This document shows positions 8,940 to 19,228 of a stretch of DNA of 64,000 nt, in pieces. The number at the start of each line of letters is the position of its first letter. Positions within the stretch are counted from its first letter, which is position 1. Source of the stretch: Candidatus Bathyarchaeota archaeon (GTDB lineage: Archaea > Thermoproteota > Bathyarchaeia > Bathyarchaeales > Bathyarchaeaceae); contig JARRLY010000006.1 of the NCBI GenBank assembly GCA_037386545.1, positions 24,773-88,772 on the forward strand. The letters are read 5' to 3'. The notes below the pieces were generated by a model. The model was given only the letters and a program-made list of their open reading frames with translations, made no database searches and had not been told where the DNA came from. The translations under genes and the position numbers were made by a program.

Positions 8940-10034
8940 TTAGGCTACTCCAATGGTGTTGCCTACGCCAACGATCATTATTTTGTCACCTGGTTTTGTT
9001 CTTTCACTGACAAGTCGTTTGATTCGTTTTAGAACCTCGTCAACTGACCCGCGGACAGCATCAGTCATGGGAGCCAGGGCCTCCTTCAACGACTGACGAA
9101 CAACAATAGCGAATACTGGAATCTTGTGTTTAGTTGCAATTTCTTCAATTTTGAATTGTTCTACGCCAACGCCCCCAATTGCGGCTCCGATACCTTCTAC
9201 AACTGTACCGGATGTTTCACCCTCCAGTTTAAGTCCTGCGTCAACCATAACAATCATTGAAAACTCTTCTTTTTGTTGTTTCACAAGCTTATTAACGGCA
9301 TCTCCAGCTTTTCCAACAGTTCCCCCAGGGCCTTGAGCACGAGTGACAATTGCATTTCTGTCATCAAGGGTTACTTCTGCTGCGATTGTTTCTTCTGCGA
9401 TAGAATAAAAGGGAGCATCAGCAATTAATGTAGAAGCAACCAAAGGGCCGATTCCATCACCAATGGGTTTTTCGTTTTTGAAAGCGTCAATGAATGAGAA
9501 GTAGGCTTCTGCCTCTTCCATAATCATGGGCAATTCCATTTGAATTTGGGTCATGGTATAAATGCTTCCCCCCTTTTTTCCAGATAGATAGTGGTGACGG
9601 ACGGTTCGATACAAAGAATTCAAACCATGGGCAGTTTCTACCAGATTTCCCAGGTTCTGTAACTGTTTCTCGTCAGCAGAAGGAGCCAACAACTTGATTT
9701 CGTCTTTGAACCTGTTGTCGGCAGAATTAACTAAATGTTCAAGCCTTTGGACTACACCTTTAGGATCCATGTTGTTTGGAGAAATAGAAAAGAAATAAAG
9801 CAAGGATTCTAGCCTAGATTTTGGGTCAATTTCAGGTTTTCCAAGTTTATTAATTGCGGAAATGGCTTCTTCTTTGGCTTTGTCCCGCATTTTTTCCAGT
9901 TTATTTAGTGATTTAGAAACTTTACCAAGGGCTATGTTGACTTGTAGTTTTTGGGAAAAAAATGAAAAACCAAAAATGAACACTAGATAAATAATGTTGA
10001 AAACGTAACTCAAAATGCTAGTATCGAAATCCAA
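8940..10034 (-). CDS. DUF1512-like archaeal membrane-anchored protein
   Basis: N-terminal TM segment, ~364 aa. The overall resemblance to the archaeal DUF1512 family is memory-based. Confidence 0.5.
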   Translation of the reverse strand: MDFDTSILSYVFNIIYLVFIFGFSFFSQKLQVNIALGKVSKSLNKLEKMRDKAKEEAISAINKLGKPEIDPKSRLESLLYFFSISPNNMDPKGVVQRLEHLVNSADNRFKDEIKLLAPSADEKQLQNLGNLVETAHGLNSLYRTVRHHYLSGKKGGSIYTMTQIQMELPMIMEEAEAYFSFIDAFKNEKPIGDGIGPLVASTLIADAPFYSIAEETIAAEVTLDDRNAIVTRAQGPGGTVGKAGDAVNKLVKQQKEEFSMIVMVDAGLKLEGETSGTVVEGIGAAIGGVGVEQFKIEEIATKHKIPVFAIVVRQSLKEALAPMTDAVRGSVDEVLKRIKRLVSERTKPGDKIMIVGVGNTIGVA

Positions 10035-10039
10035 AGTAG

Positions 10040-10666
10040 TTAGGTCTCCTGGTCTATTTGTGTCTCTTCAGTTGAAGTGTATCCATTATGATTAATGTTC
10101 TGTTTTTCTTTATCTGCAACAGCCAACCTTTTATCCAAATTCTTAATCTCTTCTTGCAACATCTTAATCATGTTCTGAATGCGCTTACGTTTAATTTCAA
10201 GAGCTTCAGTTCTACTTTTTGACTCTTTCTGAAGAAACGGAGAAAAAACATTCGGAAATTGCGGAATAGGTAAACCAGTGGTTTCCAAATTTAGCACACT
10301 TCGTGCATATTCTTCAAAAAGGCTATTCATACTCTCAGCTATTTTGGTGTGCTTCAAAAGAGCACGGTCAAGAATGCGTTTACCCGCCTCTGTTATGTGG
10401 TAAATTTTTCGTTTGCGTTTCTGGGGGCCCCATTTTCCTTCGATGTAACCTGCTTGTTCTAAGCTTTGAAGTATTGGATAAACACCTCCAGCTGTAGGCT
10501 TCCAAAAGCCTTCAGTACGGTCTTCGACTTCTTTCATCATCTCGTATCCATGACATGGTTTTTTACTTAAAAGTAAAAGAAAAGCGATTCGCATATAACC
10601 TTTTTGAGATTCTTTAAGCCATTTTGCAGCTGTTTTTTCGTCGTGTCCGGGATGCATAATAGTCAA
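10040..10666 (-). CDS. PadR family transcriptional regulator with coiled-coil C-terminus
   Basis: 'PCHGYEMMKEV....GGVYPILQSLEQAGYIEGKW' PadR wHTH. Confidence 0.8.
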   Translation of the reverse strand: MTIMHPGHDEKTAAKWLKESQKGYMRIAFLLLLSKKPCHGYEMMKEVEDRTEGFWKPTAGGVYPILQSLEQAGYIEGKWGPQKRKRKIYHITEAGKRILDRALLKHTKIAESMNSLFEEYARSVLNLETTGLPIPQFPNVFSPFLQKESKSRTEALEIKRKRIQNMIKMLQEEIKNLDKRLAVADKEKQNINHNGYTSTEETQIDQET

Positions 10667-10740
10667 GTATCTTATGTAAAAGTAATATTTATATTTTGGT
10701 CTAATATATTTGACTTAAATATATCATAGGTGATTACACA

Positions 10741-11757
10741 GTGGAAAACAAAGTCATGATAGAGGTGACCAACCTTACTAAAAAGTTTGGCGATTTCACT
10801 GCTGTCGACAACATATCTTTTGATGTTAAAAAAAGTGAAATATTTGGTTTGCTTGGGCCCAACGGTGCAGGCAAAACCACAACAATTAGGATGCTTTCAA
10901 CATTAACTAGACCAACAGAAGGCACCGCAAAAATCGGCAGATACGATGTTGCAAAACAAGACAACAAAGTCAGGCAACTAATTGGTTTAGTTTCAGAAAA
11001 AATGATAATGTACGACCGCTTGACTGCCAAAGAGAACCTGAAGTTTTTTGGAAAACTCTACAGCTTACCAAAAGACACCATGAACCAAAGAATTGACGAG
11101 CTGCTGGAACTTGTCCAACTTACCAAATTTAAAGACACTAAAGTTGGAACTTTTTCCACAGGAATGAGGCAACGAATGAACGTAGTCCGTGCGTTACTTA
11201 ACCGACCACAAGTTTTGTTTCTTGATGAACCTACATTAGGATTAGATCCGCAATCTACCGTGGAAATTCGAGAGTTCGTTAAAAAAATCAACAAAGAAAA
11301 CGAAACAACAATAATTCTTACCACTCACATGATGAACGAAGCCGACATTCTTTGTGACCGCATTGGCATAATTGATCACGGAAAAATTACTGCTCTTGAC
11401 ACTTCGAAAAACTTGAAAAAAATTGTTTCAGGAGATGATACTACTGTGCTGAAACTTGATGTAGCAAACGTGACACCAAAACTGCTCAAAAAAATTAAAG
11501 AGATTGATTGTGTGAAGTCGGTTGCTCAAGAGGGTGAAACCCATCTTAAAGTTCATGCAACTGGAGATACGCCTTTTGATGATATTCTTAAGGTTCTTCA
11601 GGCAAATAACACAAAAATCAACTCAATTGAACATGTTCAACCAACCCTTGAAGACGTTTTCCTTCAGATAACAGGCCGTGATATGCGGGACAAAGCAGAC
11701 AACAAAATGCGTACGCCGCGTCATGGACCAAATACAATGAAAAAGAGGATAAGGTGA
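10741..11757 (+). CDS. ABC transporter ATP-binding protein (ABC-2/DrrA-like)
   Basis: Walker A 'GPNGAGKTT', signature 'FSTGMRQR', Walker B 'VLFLDEPT'. Confidence 0.9.
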   Translation: MENKVMIEVTNLTKKFGDFTAVDNISFDVKKSEIFGLLGPNGAGKTTTIRMLSTLTRPTEGTAKIGRYDVAKQDNKVRQLIGLVSEKMIMYDRLTAKENLKFFGKLYSLPKDTMNQRIDELLELVQLTKFKDTKVGTFSTGMRQRMNVVRALLNRPQVLFLDEPTLGLDPQSTVEIREFVKKINKENETTIILTTHMMNEADILCDRIGIIDHGKITALDTSKNLKKIVSGDDTTVLKLDVANVTPKLLKKIKEIDCVKSVAQEGETHLKVHATGDTPFDDILKVLQANNTKINSIEHVQPTLEDVFLQITGRDMRDKADNKMRTPRHGPNTMKKRIR

Positions 11758-11758
11758 T

Positions 11759-12946
11759 TTGAGAATGGGAACTAAAAAGATGTTTTCAAACAGTCTTCAG
11801 ATAGCTTGGAAAGATTTAATGGAACTTTTCAGGAACAGAATGGGACTTGTTCTGCTGATACTTATGCCAGTTTTCATGATGACTATGGTTGGTTACATTT
11901 ATCCTTCAGAAACTACTCTAAATGAAGTACCAATTGCAGTTGTAAATGAAGATGCTGGATTTGGTGGAGTTAATTTAGGTTCAACTTTTCTTTCAACTTT
12001 GAACATGATAAACGACAACGCTAGCATGGTAACAATAATCAACGCCGAAAGTCTTGAAGATATAAGGCAAATGATAGAAACAGGAGACGCTGAAGGCGGA
12101 ATAGTAATTTCCAGTGATTTCAGTTCCAACATAGTGAACGGACAACAAGGAACAGTAACAATAGTAACCGACCCATCAAATCCGCAGTTATCGACAATGA
12201 TACAAGCGGTTCTTAGCCAAGTTTTTGAAGGAATGGGTACAGTAATGGCACAACAAAACATTGCAGAACAGTTAGGAATCACTCCTGACATGGCTTTGGC
12301 GGCAGTAAAACCGTATGACATTCAGATTGAAAAGTCAGATGAGAGTTACTTTACGTTTGTAGCTCCAGGGATAATGGCATTGACAGTCATGATGAGTGTG
12401 ATGACAGGACTTCCTGCAGCAATATCTCACGAGCGAGAAATAGGAACCTTAGACGGGATGATGGTGGCCCCAATAAACAGGCTTTCAGTAATTTTGGGAA
12501 AAACCCTAGCACAGATGGCCCGCGGAATACTTCAAGGAGTGCTCATACTCGGCTTGGCAATGGTTTTGTTTGGCGTTACGGTTCATGGAAACATTCTGCT
12601 AGTGTTTGCTTTACTGCTACTCGGCGTGTTCAGCTTCGTTGGATTAGGTGTAGTACTAACTTCTTTTGCCAAAGACCAAGAAACCGCGGTAATGATGATG
12701 ACCACCATAATGTTTCCAATGATGTTCCTTAGCGGAGTGTTCTTCCCCATCGAACAAATGCCTTGGTTTATGCAAACAATCTCACAGTTTCTGCCCCTGA
12801 CATACGTCGCAGACGCCCTACGAAAAGTCATGGTCCTAGGAGCAGACATACCCGCCCTAACCAGTGAACTCTCAATCTTGATAGTGTTCGGAGTCGCCAT
12901 GATAGCAATCGCAGTTCCAGTATTCAAACGAGCAATGACCCGCTAA
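11759..12946 (+). CDS. ABC-2 type transporter permease
   Basis: N-terminal TM helix, a large loop and a C-terminal bundle of about five TM helices. Directly follows the ATPase gene. Confidence 0.85.
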   Translation: MRMGTKKMFSNSLQIAWKDLMELFRNRMGLVLLILMPVFMMTMVGYIYPSETTLNEVPIAVVNEDAGFGGVNLGSTFLSTLNMINDNASMVTIINAESLEDIRQMIETGDAEGGIVISSDFSSNIVNGQQGTVTIVTDPSNPQLSTMIQAVLSQVFEGMGTVMAQQNIAEQLGITPDMALAAVKPYDIQIEKSDESYFTFVAPGIMALTVMMSVMTGLPAAISHEREIGTLDGMMVAPINRLSVILGKTLAQMARGILQGVLILGLAMVLFGVTVHGNILLVFALLLLGVFSFVGLGVVLTSFAKDQETAVMMMTTIMFPMMFLSGVFFPIEQMPWFMQTISQFLPLTYVADALRKVMVLGADIPALTSELSILIVFGVAMIAIAVPVFKRAMTR

Positions 12947-13138
12947 AAAACGGGTTACACCCCCACTTTTACATTTTTTATCTTTTTTTCCAAGTTAACT
13001 GCAGAATACTCTGCAGTCAATGTTGGGCTAAAAAATATCTGTGAAAAACAATAAATCTATTTCTTAAAAAAATAAAAATAAAAAGAGAAAATTGGTTGAG
13101 CGCTTAGCGTTTTTTGCTAAGTTGCTCGTTTGTTGGAT

Positions 13139-15349
13139 TTATGCTCTGTCGATGAATTTGTTGGCGCTTGGTACGTCTTCAGGAAGACCGCGTCGTTTGC
13201 GTATGCCTGCGATAACTTCGGCGGATATGCTTGCAGGAACTTTTTCCCAGTGGTCGAACTGTGTTTGCCAGAAGGCATGACCAGAAGTTGCACCACGCAT
13301 ATCTGCAGAAAGACCAAAAGTTTCAGAGACCGGCAAAAATCCAGTTACATTGGTTATTGGTCCTTTTTGTTCGGATGAAACTATTCGTCCTCGTTTGCGG
13401 GTTATCAATCCAGTTACATCACCAACGAATTGGTGAGGAACTGAAACACCAATCTTATAGATTGGTTCAGAAAGAACCGGGTCAGCAGTAAGGAATGATC
13501 CCCAAAGGGCTCGTTTCATTGCGGGCATGATTTGTGCAGGTCCACGGTGAACTGGGTCTTCGTGCAATTTACAATCCAATAAGCTTACTTTGCAGCCACG
13601 TATGGGCTCATCACATAAAGGCCCGTTTCGGGCGGCCCATCGGAAGCCTGAGTTGACTGTTTCCTTGACTTCTCGCAGATACTGAACACCTTTAGTCAAG
13701 TCCAACAAGATGTTGCGATGTTCTTCTAAAGCCCAAACGTTTCGGGATTCTTGGGCAGACCATCCTGCTTCTTCACGCAAAGTTTCACCGATTCGTTTGT
13801 TTCCCATAGCTTCAAATAAGGAACCCTTCTCCATCAAGTCAACAACATTTTGTTCCAAGGGTTCAACCTTAAGCCAGAATCTGCTGTGCTTGTTGGGGCT
13901 TTTTGCCATGGCAACCACACCTTCTTTGGCAGCAGTTTCCCTGTAAACAACCAATGGCTGAGAAGTAATGAGTTCTAGTCCATTGCCAGTTTGACGGAGG
14001 GTCTTTACAGCAATTTCGAGGTGAAGTTCACCCATTCCGCTAAGAAGGTATTCACCAGTTTCTTTGTTAATTTTAGTTACGAGGTTGGGGTCGTCAACAG
14101 TTAACCTGTCCATCAATTCGATAAGACGAGGCAAGTCACGTGGATGTTTAGGTTCAATTGCAATGGTGATAACTGGTTCAGAAACATATTGGATGTTTTC
14201 GAAAGGAACCATTTCATCTTCATAACCTACACTGACAAGAGTTTCTCCTGCACGTGCAAGATCCATTCCCAAAACGGCTGCAATGTTTCCAGATCCCATT
14301 TTGCCCACTACTTCTCGGAAGGCACCCATATACATGGATACTTGCTGGACACGGTAGTCTTTTTTTGCACCAACTAGGTAAACTCTGTCACCTTCGTTGA
14401 GGCGCCCTGAAAAGATACGCCCAGTTGCGACCAATCCTGCGTGGGGGTCCATAGCTGCTGAAGTTAAACACATTACTACAGGGCCATTTTCGTCACAATT
14501 AATCATGGCTTTTCCAATTTTCGAGTCTGCTTCACCTTTCCAAACTTTGGGAACACGATATTTCTGTGCTACTATCGGGTTTGGCAAGTTTTTAACAGCC
14601 ATATCCAGTATGGCGTTGTGCAATGGAGCTATTTCTGCTAGTTTTTCTTCAGTTCCATTTTGGTATGCGTCAACAACATCACTGAATTTTATTCCTGCTT
14701 TTTCTGCCTGGTCCATGGTGAATCCCCATTTGTGCAAAGCAGAGCCAAAAGCTACTGTTCCTTTTGTAGCATCAACTTTCCAGACGTTTTTGACTTCTTT
14801 TTCTCCGTAGATGGAAATAAGGTTGTTAAAGTCCCGAATAATTCGCAAAAGCTTTGTTTGCATCTGTTCTGCGTTAAGTTTGAGTTCTTTAATCAACCGG
14901 TCAACTTTGTTGATGAACAAAACAGGCTTAACACGTTCATTCAATGCTTGACGGGTAACGGTTTCTGTTTGAACCATTACTTCTTCGACCGCGTCTACTA
15001 CTACGACGGCTCCGTCGATTGCTCGCAGGGCACGGGTTACTTTTCCTGTGAAGTCTACGTGTCCTGGTGTGTCGATTAGGTTGATTACGTGGGATTTTTT
15101 ATCTACTTCATGGAGAAGAGAAATGTTTGCAGATTTGATTGTTATTCCACGTTTTTGTTCTTCTTCTAAGTAGTCTAGGGCTCTTGCTGCTCCGGCAATT
15201 TTGGGAGATAGAAGCCCTGCTTCAGCTAACAAGGAATCGGACATTGTGGTTTTGCCGTGGTCGATGTGGGCAATTATTCCGATGTTCCTGATGTCTTCTT
15301 TTTTGTTCATGAGCTTTACGAGGTCGCTCGTTTGCCTAAATTTTGGCAC
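13139..15349 (-). CDS. fusA: Elongation factor 2 (aEF-2)
   Basis: 'AHIDHGKTT', 'DTPGHVDF', 'NKVDR', and the diphthamide loop 'HEDPVHRGPAQ'. 736 aa. Confidence 0.97.
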   Translation of the reverse strand: MPKFRQTSDLVKLMNKKEDIRNIGIIAHIDHGKTTMSDSLLAEAGLLSPKIAGAARALDYLEEEQKRGITIKSANISLLHEVDKKSHVINLIDTPGHVDFTGKVTRALRAIDGAVVVVDAVEEVMVQTETVTRQALNERVKPVLFINKVDRLIKELKLNAEQMQTKLLRIIRDFNNLISIYGEKEVKNVWKVDATKGTVAFGSALHKWGFTMDQAEKAGIKFSDVVDAYQNGTEEKLAEIAPLHNAILDMAVKNLPNPIVAQKYRVPKVWKGEADSKIGKAMINCDENGPVVMCLTSAAMDPHAGLVATGRIFSGRLNEGDRVYLVGAKKDYRVQQVSMYMGAFREVVGKMGSGNIAAVLGMDLARAGETLVSVGYEDEMVPFENIQYVSEPVITIAIEPKHPRDLPRLIELMDRLTVDDPNLVTKINKETGEYLLSGMGELHLEIAVKTLRQTGNGLELITSQPLVVYRETAAKEGVVAMAKSPNKHSRFWLKVEPLEQNVVDLMEKGSLFEAMGNKRIGETLREEAGWSAQESRNVWALEEHRNILLDLTKGVQYLREVKETVNSGFRWAARNGPLCDEPIRGCKVSLLDCKLHEDPVHRGPAQIMPAMKRALWGSFLTADPVLSEPIYKIGVSVPHQFVGDVTGLITRKRGRIVSSEQKGPITNVTGFLPVSETFGLSADMRGATSGHAFWQTQFDHWEKVPASISAEVIAGIRKRRGLPEDVPSANKFIDRA

Positions 15350-15699
15350 CTTATAGTTTCTCCTGATTGTTAATGGACAGAATGCTAGATTAAAAGCATA
15401 CCTATAAGCATTATTGTAAAGTAAAGATAATACATTACAACTATAATGAAGATTTTCCGTTTTTCAGAAAATAAAAACCAATGGTAAAGTCTCAATTTTT
15501 TGGGCGTGTTACAAGTTACATCCAAAAACCGATATCAATTTTCCTTTAATACACAAAATAAAGCATAATCCATACAAACTAGTTGACTAGAAAACATTTT
15601 AACTTAAAGAAAAACGTGATAACCGAGAACAATCTAACCATTTTGAGTCCATAAACACAATTCATAAAGGGTTTATTTTGCAGATTAATTTGTTGTAAT

Positions 15700-16077
15700 A
15701 TGGAGCCCACGTATTTCCTATTCTTGATTCTGCCTCTCGGCATTTTGGTGTTTGTTCTAGTCGGAGTTACGATTTATTACGCGAGAAAACAAGAAGACAG
15801 CTACGAACAACAAATCAAGAAGCTTAGAAAGTTACTGATTTCAGGAAAAATTGACACAAAAACGTTCACGAAATTAAAAAACAAAACAGATTACGTGAAG
15901 CACTTCAACGGTGAATCCAAACGGCTTGTTGAGCTTTTGTCTTCGGGAAAAATCGATGAAGATACTTATAATCGATTAAATCAAGTACTAGAAAATTCTT
16001 TCAATGAAAAAATTAACAAACTCGAAGAAGATACCAAAGAACCAGAAAAAAATCCTTTCAATGCTGCTAAGTTTTGA
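15700..16077 (+). CDS. Small membrane protein with two SHOCT-like repeats
   Basis: N-terminal TM helix. The 'SGKID..T(F/Y)..L' motif occurs twice. Confidence 0.45.
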   Translation: MEPTYFLFLILPLGILVFVLVGVTIYYARKQEDSYEQQIKKLRKLLISGKIDTKTFTKLKNKTDYVKHFNGESKRLVELLSSGKIDEDTYNRLNQVLENSFNEKINKLEEDTKEPEKNPFNAAKF

Positions 16078-16172
16078 TTTTATCCAAAAACAAAATAACA
16101 AAGTCTTACTGTTCTTTTTCAAGAGATGAAAACAAAGTGAGGATAGAAAGTCAAAGCACTGCCAGCCATAAA

Positions 16173-16682
16173 ATGGTCGAGCTAAAGGCAAAAGTAAACG
16201 AGCTTGATGCATTTAGAAAAAAATTGAATAATTTTGAAAGCAAGTTGGTTGGGACTTTTCATCAAACGGACACTTATTTTGAAGTCCCAGAAGGGCGACT
16301 TAAGCTCCGACAATTTAAAGGAAGCTCTGATGCAGAACTAATTTTTTATGACCGAGAAAACATTGCAGGCCCCAAACAAGATGATGCTTTTTTGTTACGC
16401 ATTCAAGACGCAGAAGACTTCAAAACTGTTCTCAAGAGGATTCTGAAACAAAGAATAATAATAAAAAAAGAACGAGAAATTTACATGCATCAAGGAACAC
16501 AGATTCATCTGGACACGGTTCAAGGTCTTGGTAAATTTATCGAGTTTGAAAGACAAACAAGCGACGAACCTGAAACAGTAAAAAAAGACCAGCAAGTCCT
16601 AGAAGAATTAAGAAAACAACTACAAATTAGCCCAAAAAGTTTAGAAACTCTGTCGTACAGCGACCTAGCACAAAAAGAGTGA
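16173..16682 (+). CDS. CYTH-domain protein (class IV adenylate cyclase / triphosphatase family)
   Basis: Starts 'MVELKAKV' (ExK of the CYTH motif). 'QTDTYF..PEGRLKLR' and 'LGKFIEFE' match the CyaB-like pattern. Start moved to the internal ATG. Confidence 0.7.
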   Translation: MVELKAKVNELDAFRKKLNNFESKLVGTFHQTDTYFEVPEGRLKLRQFKGSSDAELIFYDRENIAGPKQDDAFLLRIQDAEDFKTVLKRILKQRIIIKKEREIYMHQGTQIHLDTVQGLGKFIEFERQTSDEPETVKKDQQVLEELRKQLQISPKSLETLSYSDLAQKE

Positions 16683-16747
16683 TTCTAAGGATTAGAACAT
16701 TTTTTTCATTCTCAAGAAAATGACTGTTTCAACATAAGAACAGCAAT

Positions 16748-17530
16748 TCAGTCTGTTCTGTTTCTTCTTATTTGGATTCCTTTGTCGAGGGCTATAATGT
16801 CAACTAAGTGCTCTATTCCTGAGGTTTGAACCTTTTTTTCTAGGACTTCTTCTATTTGAAAAACGCCTGCGGGGTTGTTCATGCTTACAAAGATTTGAAC
16901 GGGTTTTCGAGGGCCTTTTTCTATTTCCACTTTGGTTATGGACAAAGCAGAAACAGAGTGAATGTCTACCCGCCCAGTTCGGTAAGGGATTCGGGTTCGG
17001 CCTTTGGCCATGTCGGTTCCGTCTGCGACTTTTGCGGCTCCAGCCTCGATGCTTAGGCATTCTACGTCTTCTTCATGGGCAAATATGGCGTGAAGTATCT
17101 CCGATTTAAGGCGCACAATCTTTGCTAAATCTTCAGGATAAACTGTCTTAAGTAGACGATCCAAAATCGGGTTAGCCAAAATGCAACTATGAAAAGGGTG
17201 GTCCACCCGGTGAATGCTGTTCCCCAAGTCATGAAGATAAGACCCGCACAAAACAACAACCTTTGCATCTTCCAGACAACAAACACGGTTCTGCACAGTA
17301 GTTGGGGTTACTTCTTGAGAGAGCAAATCAAAGATTTCAAGGGCACTTCCAGCCGCAATTTTAGCATGCACAGGACCGTGGTCGTTGTATCTGAGTCGTT
17401 CTACTGCCATGGTGTTTGACATATGTAACGTGTTTTGGATTTCAGGATCGTTTTCCATTAGTTGGAACAATTGTTTGACTTTTGGCTCATTCAGATGAGA
17501 ATTTATCAGGTCTGCAGAAACAACAACCAT
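16748..17530 (-). CDS. HD-domain metal-dependent phosphohydrolase
   Basis: 'HGPVHA' and 'YLHDLGN' HD motifs. Confidence 0.7.
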   Translation of the reverse strand: MVVVSADLINSHLNEPKVKQLFQLMENDPEIQNTLHMSNTMAVERLRYNDHGPVHAKIAAGSALEIFDLLSQEVTPTTVQNRVCCLEDAKVVVLCGSYLHDLGNSIHRVDHPFHSCILANPILDRLLKTVYPEDLAKIVRLKSEILHAIFAHEEDVECLSIEAGAAKVADGTDMAKGRTRIPYRTGRVDIHSVSALSITKVEIEKGPRKPVQIFVSMNNPAGVFQIEEVLEKKVQTSGIEHLVDIIALDKGIQIRRNRTD

Positions 17531-17592
17531 TTTTTGTTCCCCAAATCAAATTTGTTAATAGTAAATAAGAGTTTTAAACAAAAAAACTCTCG

Positions 17593-18228
17593 TTAAATTG
17601 ACGAAAAAATGTTACGTTTTTCGATGTAGGATATGGGATCAACTTCACGGATGTTTACAGCATCCACGTCGATTATGTAGATAATGTGAATTCGAGAGTT
17701 TTTTATTTCATCAAAAGTTACTGGAGGATTCTTATAGTAAAGGTCGCACAAGATTTTCAGGTATTTTAGGTCAGCTTTTGTTCTACTTCGGGGAGGTTTA
17801 ACTAAAGCTTCGGGAATCTGCAACAAATAATATGGTGGAACACCCAAGGCAAATTTTTCTGAATGATTACCGTAACGGATTATTTTGCTTGCAATACGGG
17901 ATTGACGATACTTTGTAGGATCAAGAGCATGACTTGGAGGAATAAATCCGGTTTCGATTTCAACGATGTGGGAGCCAAAACCTTTCACACCATAAAGGTC
18001 ACAAACTAATCCGTCTATTGGGCGCTCTATGTCTACGCGGTAGCCTTTTAAAATCAAATGTTTGGCGCAAACCATCTCCATAACTGAGTGATTAATCTTG
18101 ACCACGTTCTCTTCATGCATCTGAATAAGTTTGTTTTTCAGCTCCTCAAGCTGTTTTTGTGCGTCTTCTGGAGTATTATTGTACAGTTTTGCAGATAGAA
18201 TATCTAAATCCCTTTTGAATTTGTCCAT
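17593..18228 (-). CDS. Hypothetical protein with a possible restriction-endonuclease-like (PD-(D/E)xK-like) core
   Basis: 'MEMVCAKHLILKGYRV...CDLYGVKGFGSHIVEIETG' resembles the E...D...ExK layout of Hjc-type nucleases, but with T in place of K. This is weak. Confidence 0.35.
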   Translation of the reverse strand: MDKFKRDLDILSAKLYNNTPEDAQKQLEELKNKLIQMHEENVVKINHSVMEMVCAKHLILKGYRVDIERPIDGLVCDLYGVKGFGSHIVEIETGFIPPSHALDPTKYRQSRIASKIIRYGNHSEKFALGVPPYYLLQIPEALVKPPRSRTKADLKYLKILCDLYYKNPPVTFDEIKNSRIHIIYIIDVDAVNIREVDPISYIEKRNIFSSI

Positions 18229-18332
18229 GTTCTTAACCTTTTAGAAACTTCCAAAAAAGTTTCTGTCAATATAGCTGGTGCAATTCTATGTCAAAAGCTT
18301 TTGCACAAAAATCTAAAACCAAACATTTACGG

Positions 18333-18356
18333 GAAAGAAAAAGGGACAAAGCCCTT
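18333..18356 (-). terminator. Hairpin plus T-tract after the UPF0147 gene
   Basis: On the minus strand, AAGGG-CTTTGT-CCCTT is followed by TTTTTCTTT. Confidence 0.4.
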
Positions 18357-18415
18357 GCAAATTACGTAAGTTAAAGGGGGGATAAAAAAATTCCCAAGTT
18401 GATTATTTCGTAGTT

Positions 18416-18694
18416 TTAGTCTTTGATTCCTTCAAGCAGGCTCATTACGTTCCAGAGCTTCACTCTGCTATAAGGTGGCATGTTTGGGTCTTGTAATATT
18501 TCATCAAGCACAGATATTGCATTTGCCGCTCTGACTGCTGGTGTGTCATCTGCGACTTGAAGGGAGGTAATGGACTGTTTTGCGGCTCGACGTATGTTCC
18601 TGGGGGTTGTGGTGTCTTCGGAGACCATGCCTAGAACGTTTATTGCCTGTGAAATTCTTTCCTCGTATTCTTCTAGTTTCTTTTTGCGAACCAT
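18416..18694 (-). CDS. UPF0147-family small protein
   Basis: 92 aa. The 'TPRNIRRAA' helix-repeat pattern is recalled for archaeal UPF0147. Confidence 0.6.
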   Translation of the reverse strand: MVRKKKLEEYEERISQAINVLGMVSEDTTTPRNIRRAAKQSITSLQVADDTPAVRAANAISVLDEILQDPNMPPYSRVKLWNVMSLLEGIKD

Positions 18695-18841
18695 GTAAAA
18701 GCCTCCTATACTATCTGCCTAAACTTAAAGCACTGTATTTAATCTTATCTTAAATATTAAAAACAAAAAGTTTGAAAGACTCTAAAATCTAAGATAGATA
18801 GTTAATTAACTGTTACAAGAGTATATTTTATTCTAAACTTA

Positions 18842-19210
18842 ATGGAAGTGACCAATCTGACAGAAAATTCAGAAACCATCAAGGTAATGGCAGATTTACT
18901 TAGACAAGGGGCTACACTCACCCAGCATTCTTGTCCAGCCTGTTCTTCTCCGCTGTTTAAACTACAAAATAACGACATTTGGTGTGCCAAATGCCAAAAA
19001 AGAGTGATTATCGTCAAAGAAGGTGACCCCGAACCAGAAAGCTCTAAGGCTCCAGTGTTTTCGGGACTGGAAAAAACCATTATGACTAAAATTCAAAACT
19101 TAGAAAAACAGCTCGCAGAAGAAAACGAGCCGGAAAAAATCACAAAAATTGGAGAAACATTGTCTTCGCTTCTTGAGAATCTTGAAAAAATTCGAAACAT
19201 AAAAAAATAG
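18842..19210 (+). CDS. UPF0148 / autoantigen-p27-like zinc-ribbon protein
   Basis: 'LRQGATLTQHSCPACSSPLF....WCAKCQ' followed by a coiled-coil tail. Confidence 0.6.
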   Translation: MEVTNLTENSETIKVMADLLRQGATLTQHSCPACSSPLFKLQNNDIWCAKCQKRVIIVKEGDPEPESSKAPVFSGLEKTIMTKIQNLEKQLAEENEPEKITKIGETLSSLLENLEKIRNIKK

Positions 19211-19228
19211 AAATATAACAGGGCGTTT

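Noticed and set aside
13092-15079. Multiple 60-140-aa ORFs on the plus strand inside the EF-2 gene. Similar antisense or overlapping ORFs occur inside aIF2-gamma, dnaK, dnaJ, gltB, acr3, hmgA, the CobT-like gene and others.
   Set aside because: They lie fully within strongly supported genes on the opposite strand or in another frame. They have low-complexity or Cys/Ser/Leu-rich translations and no recognisable motifs. They are shadow ORFs.
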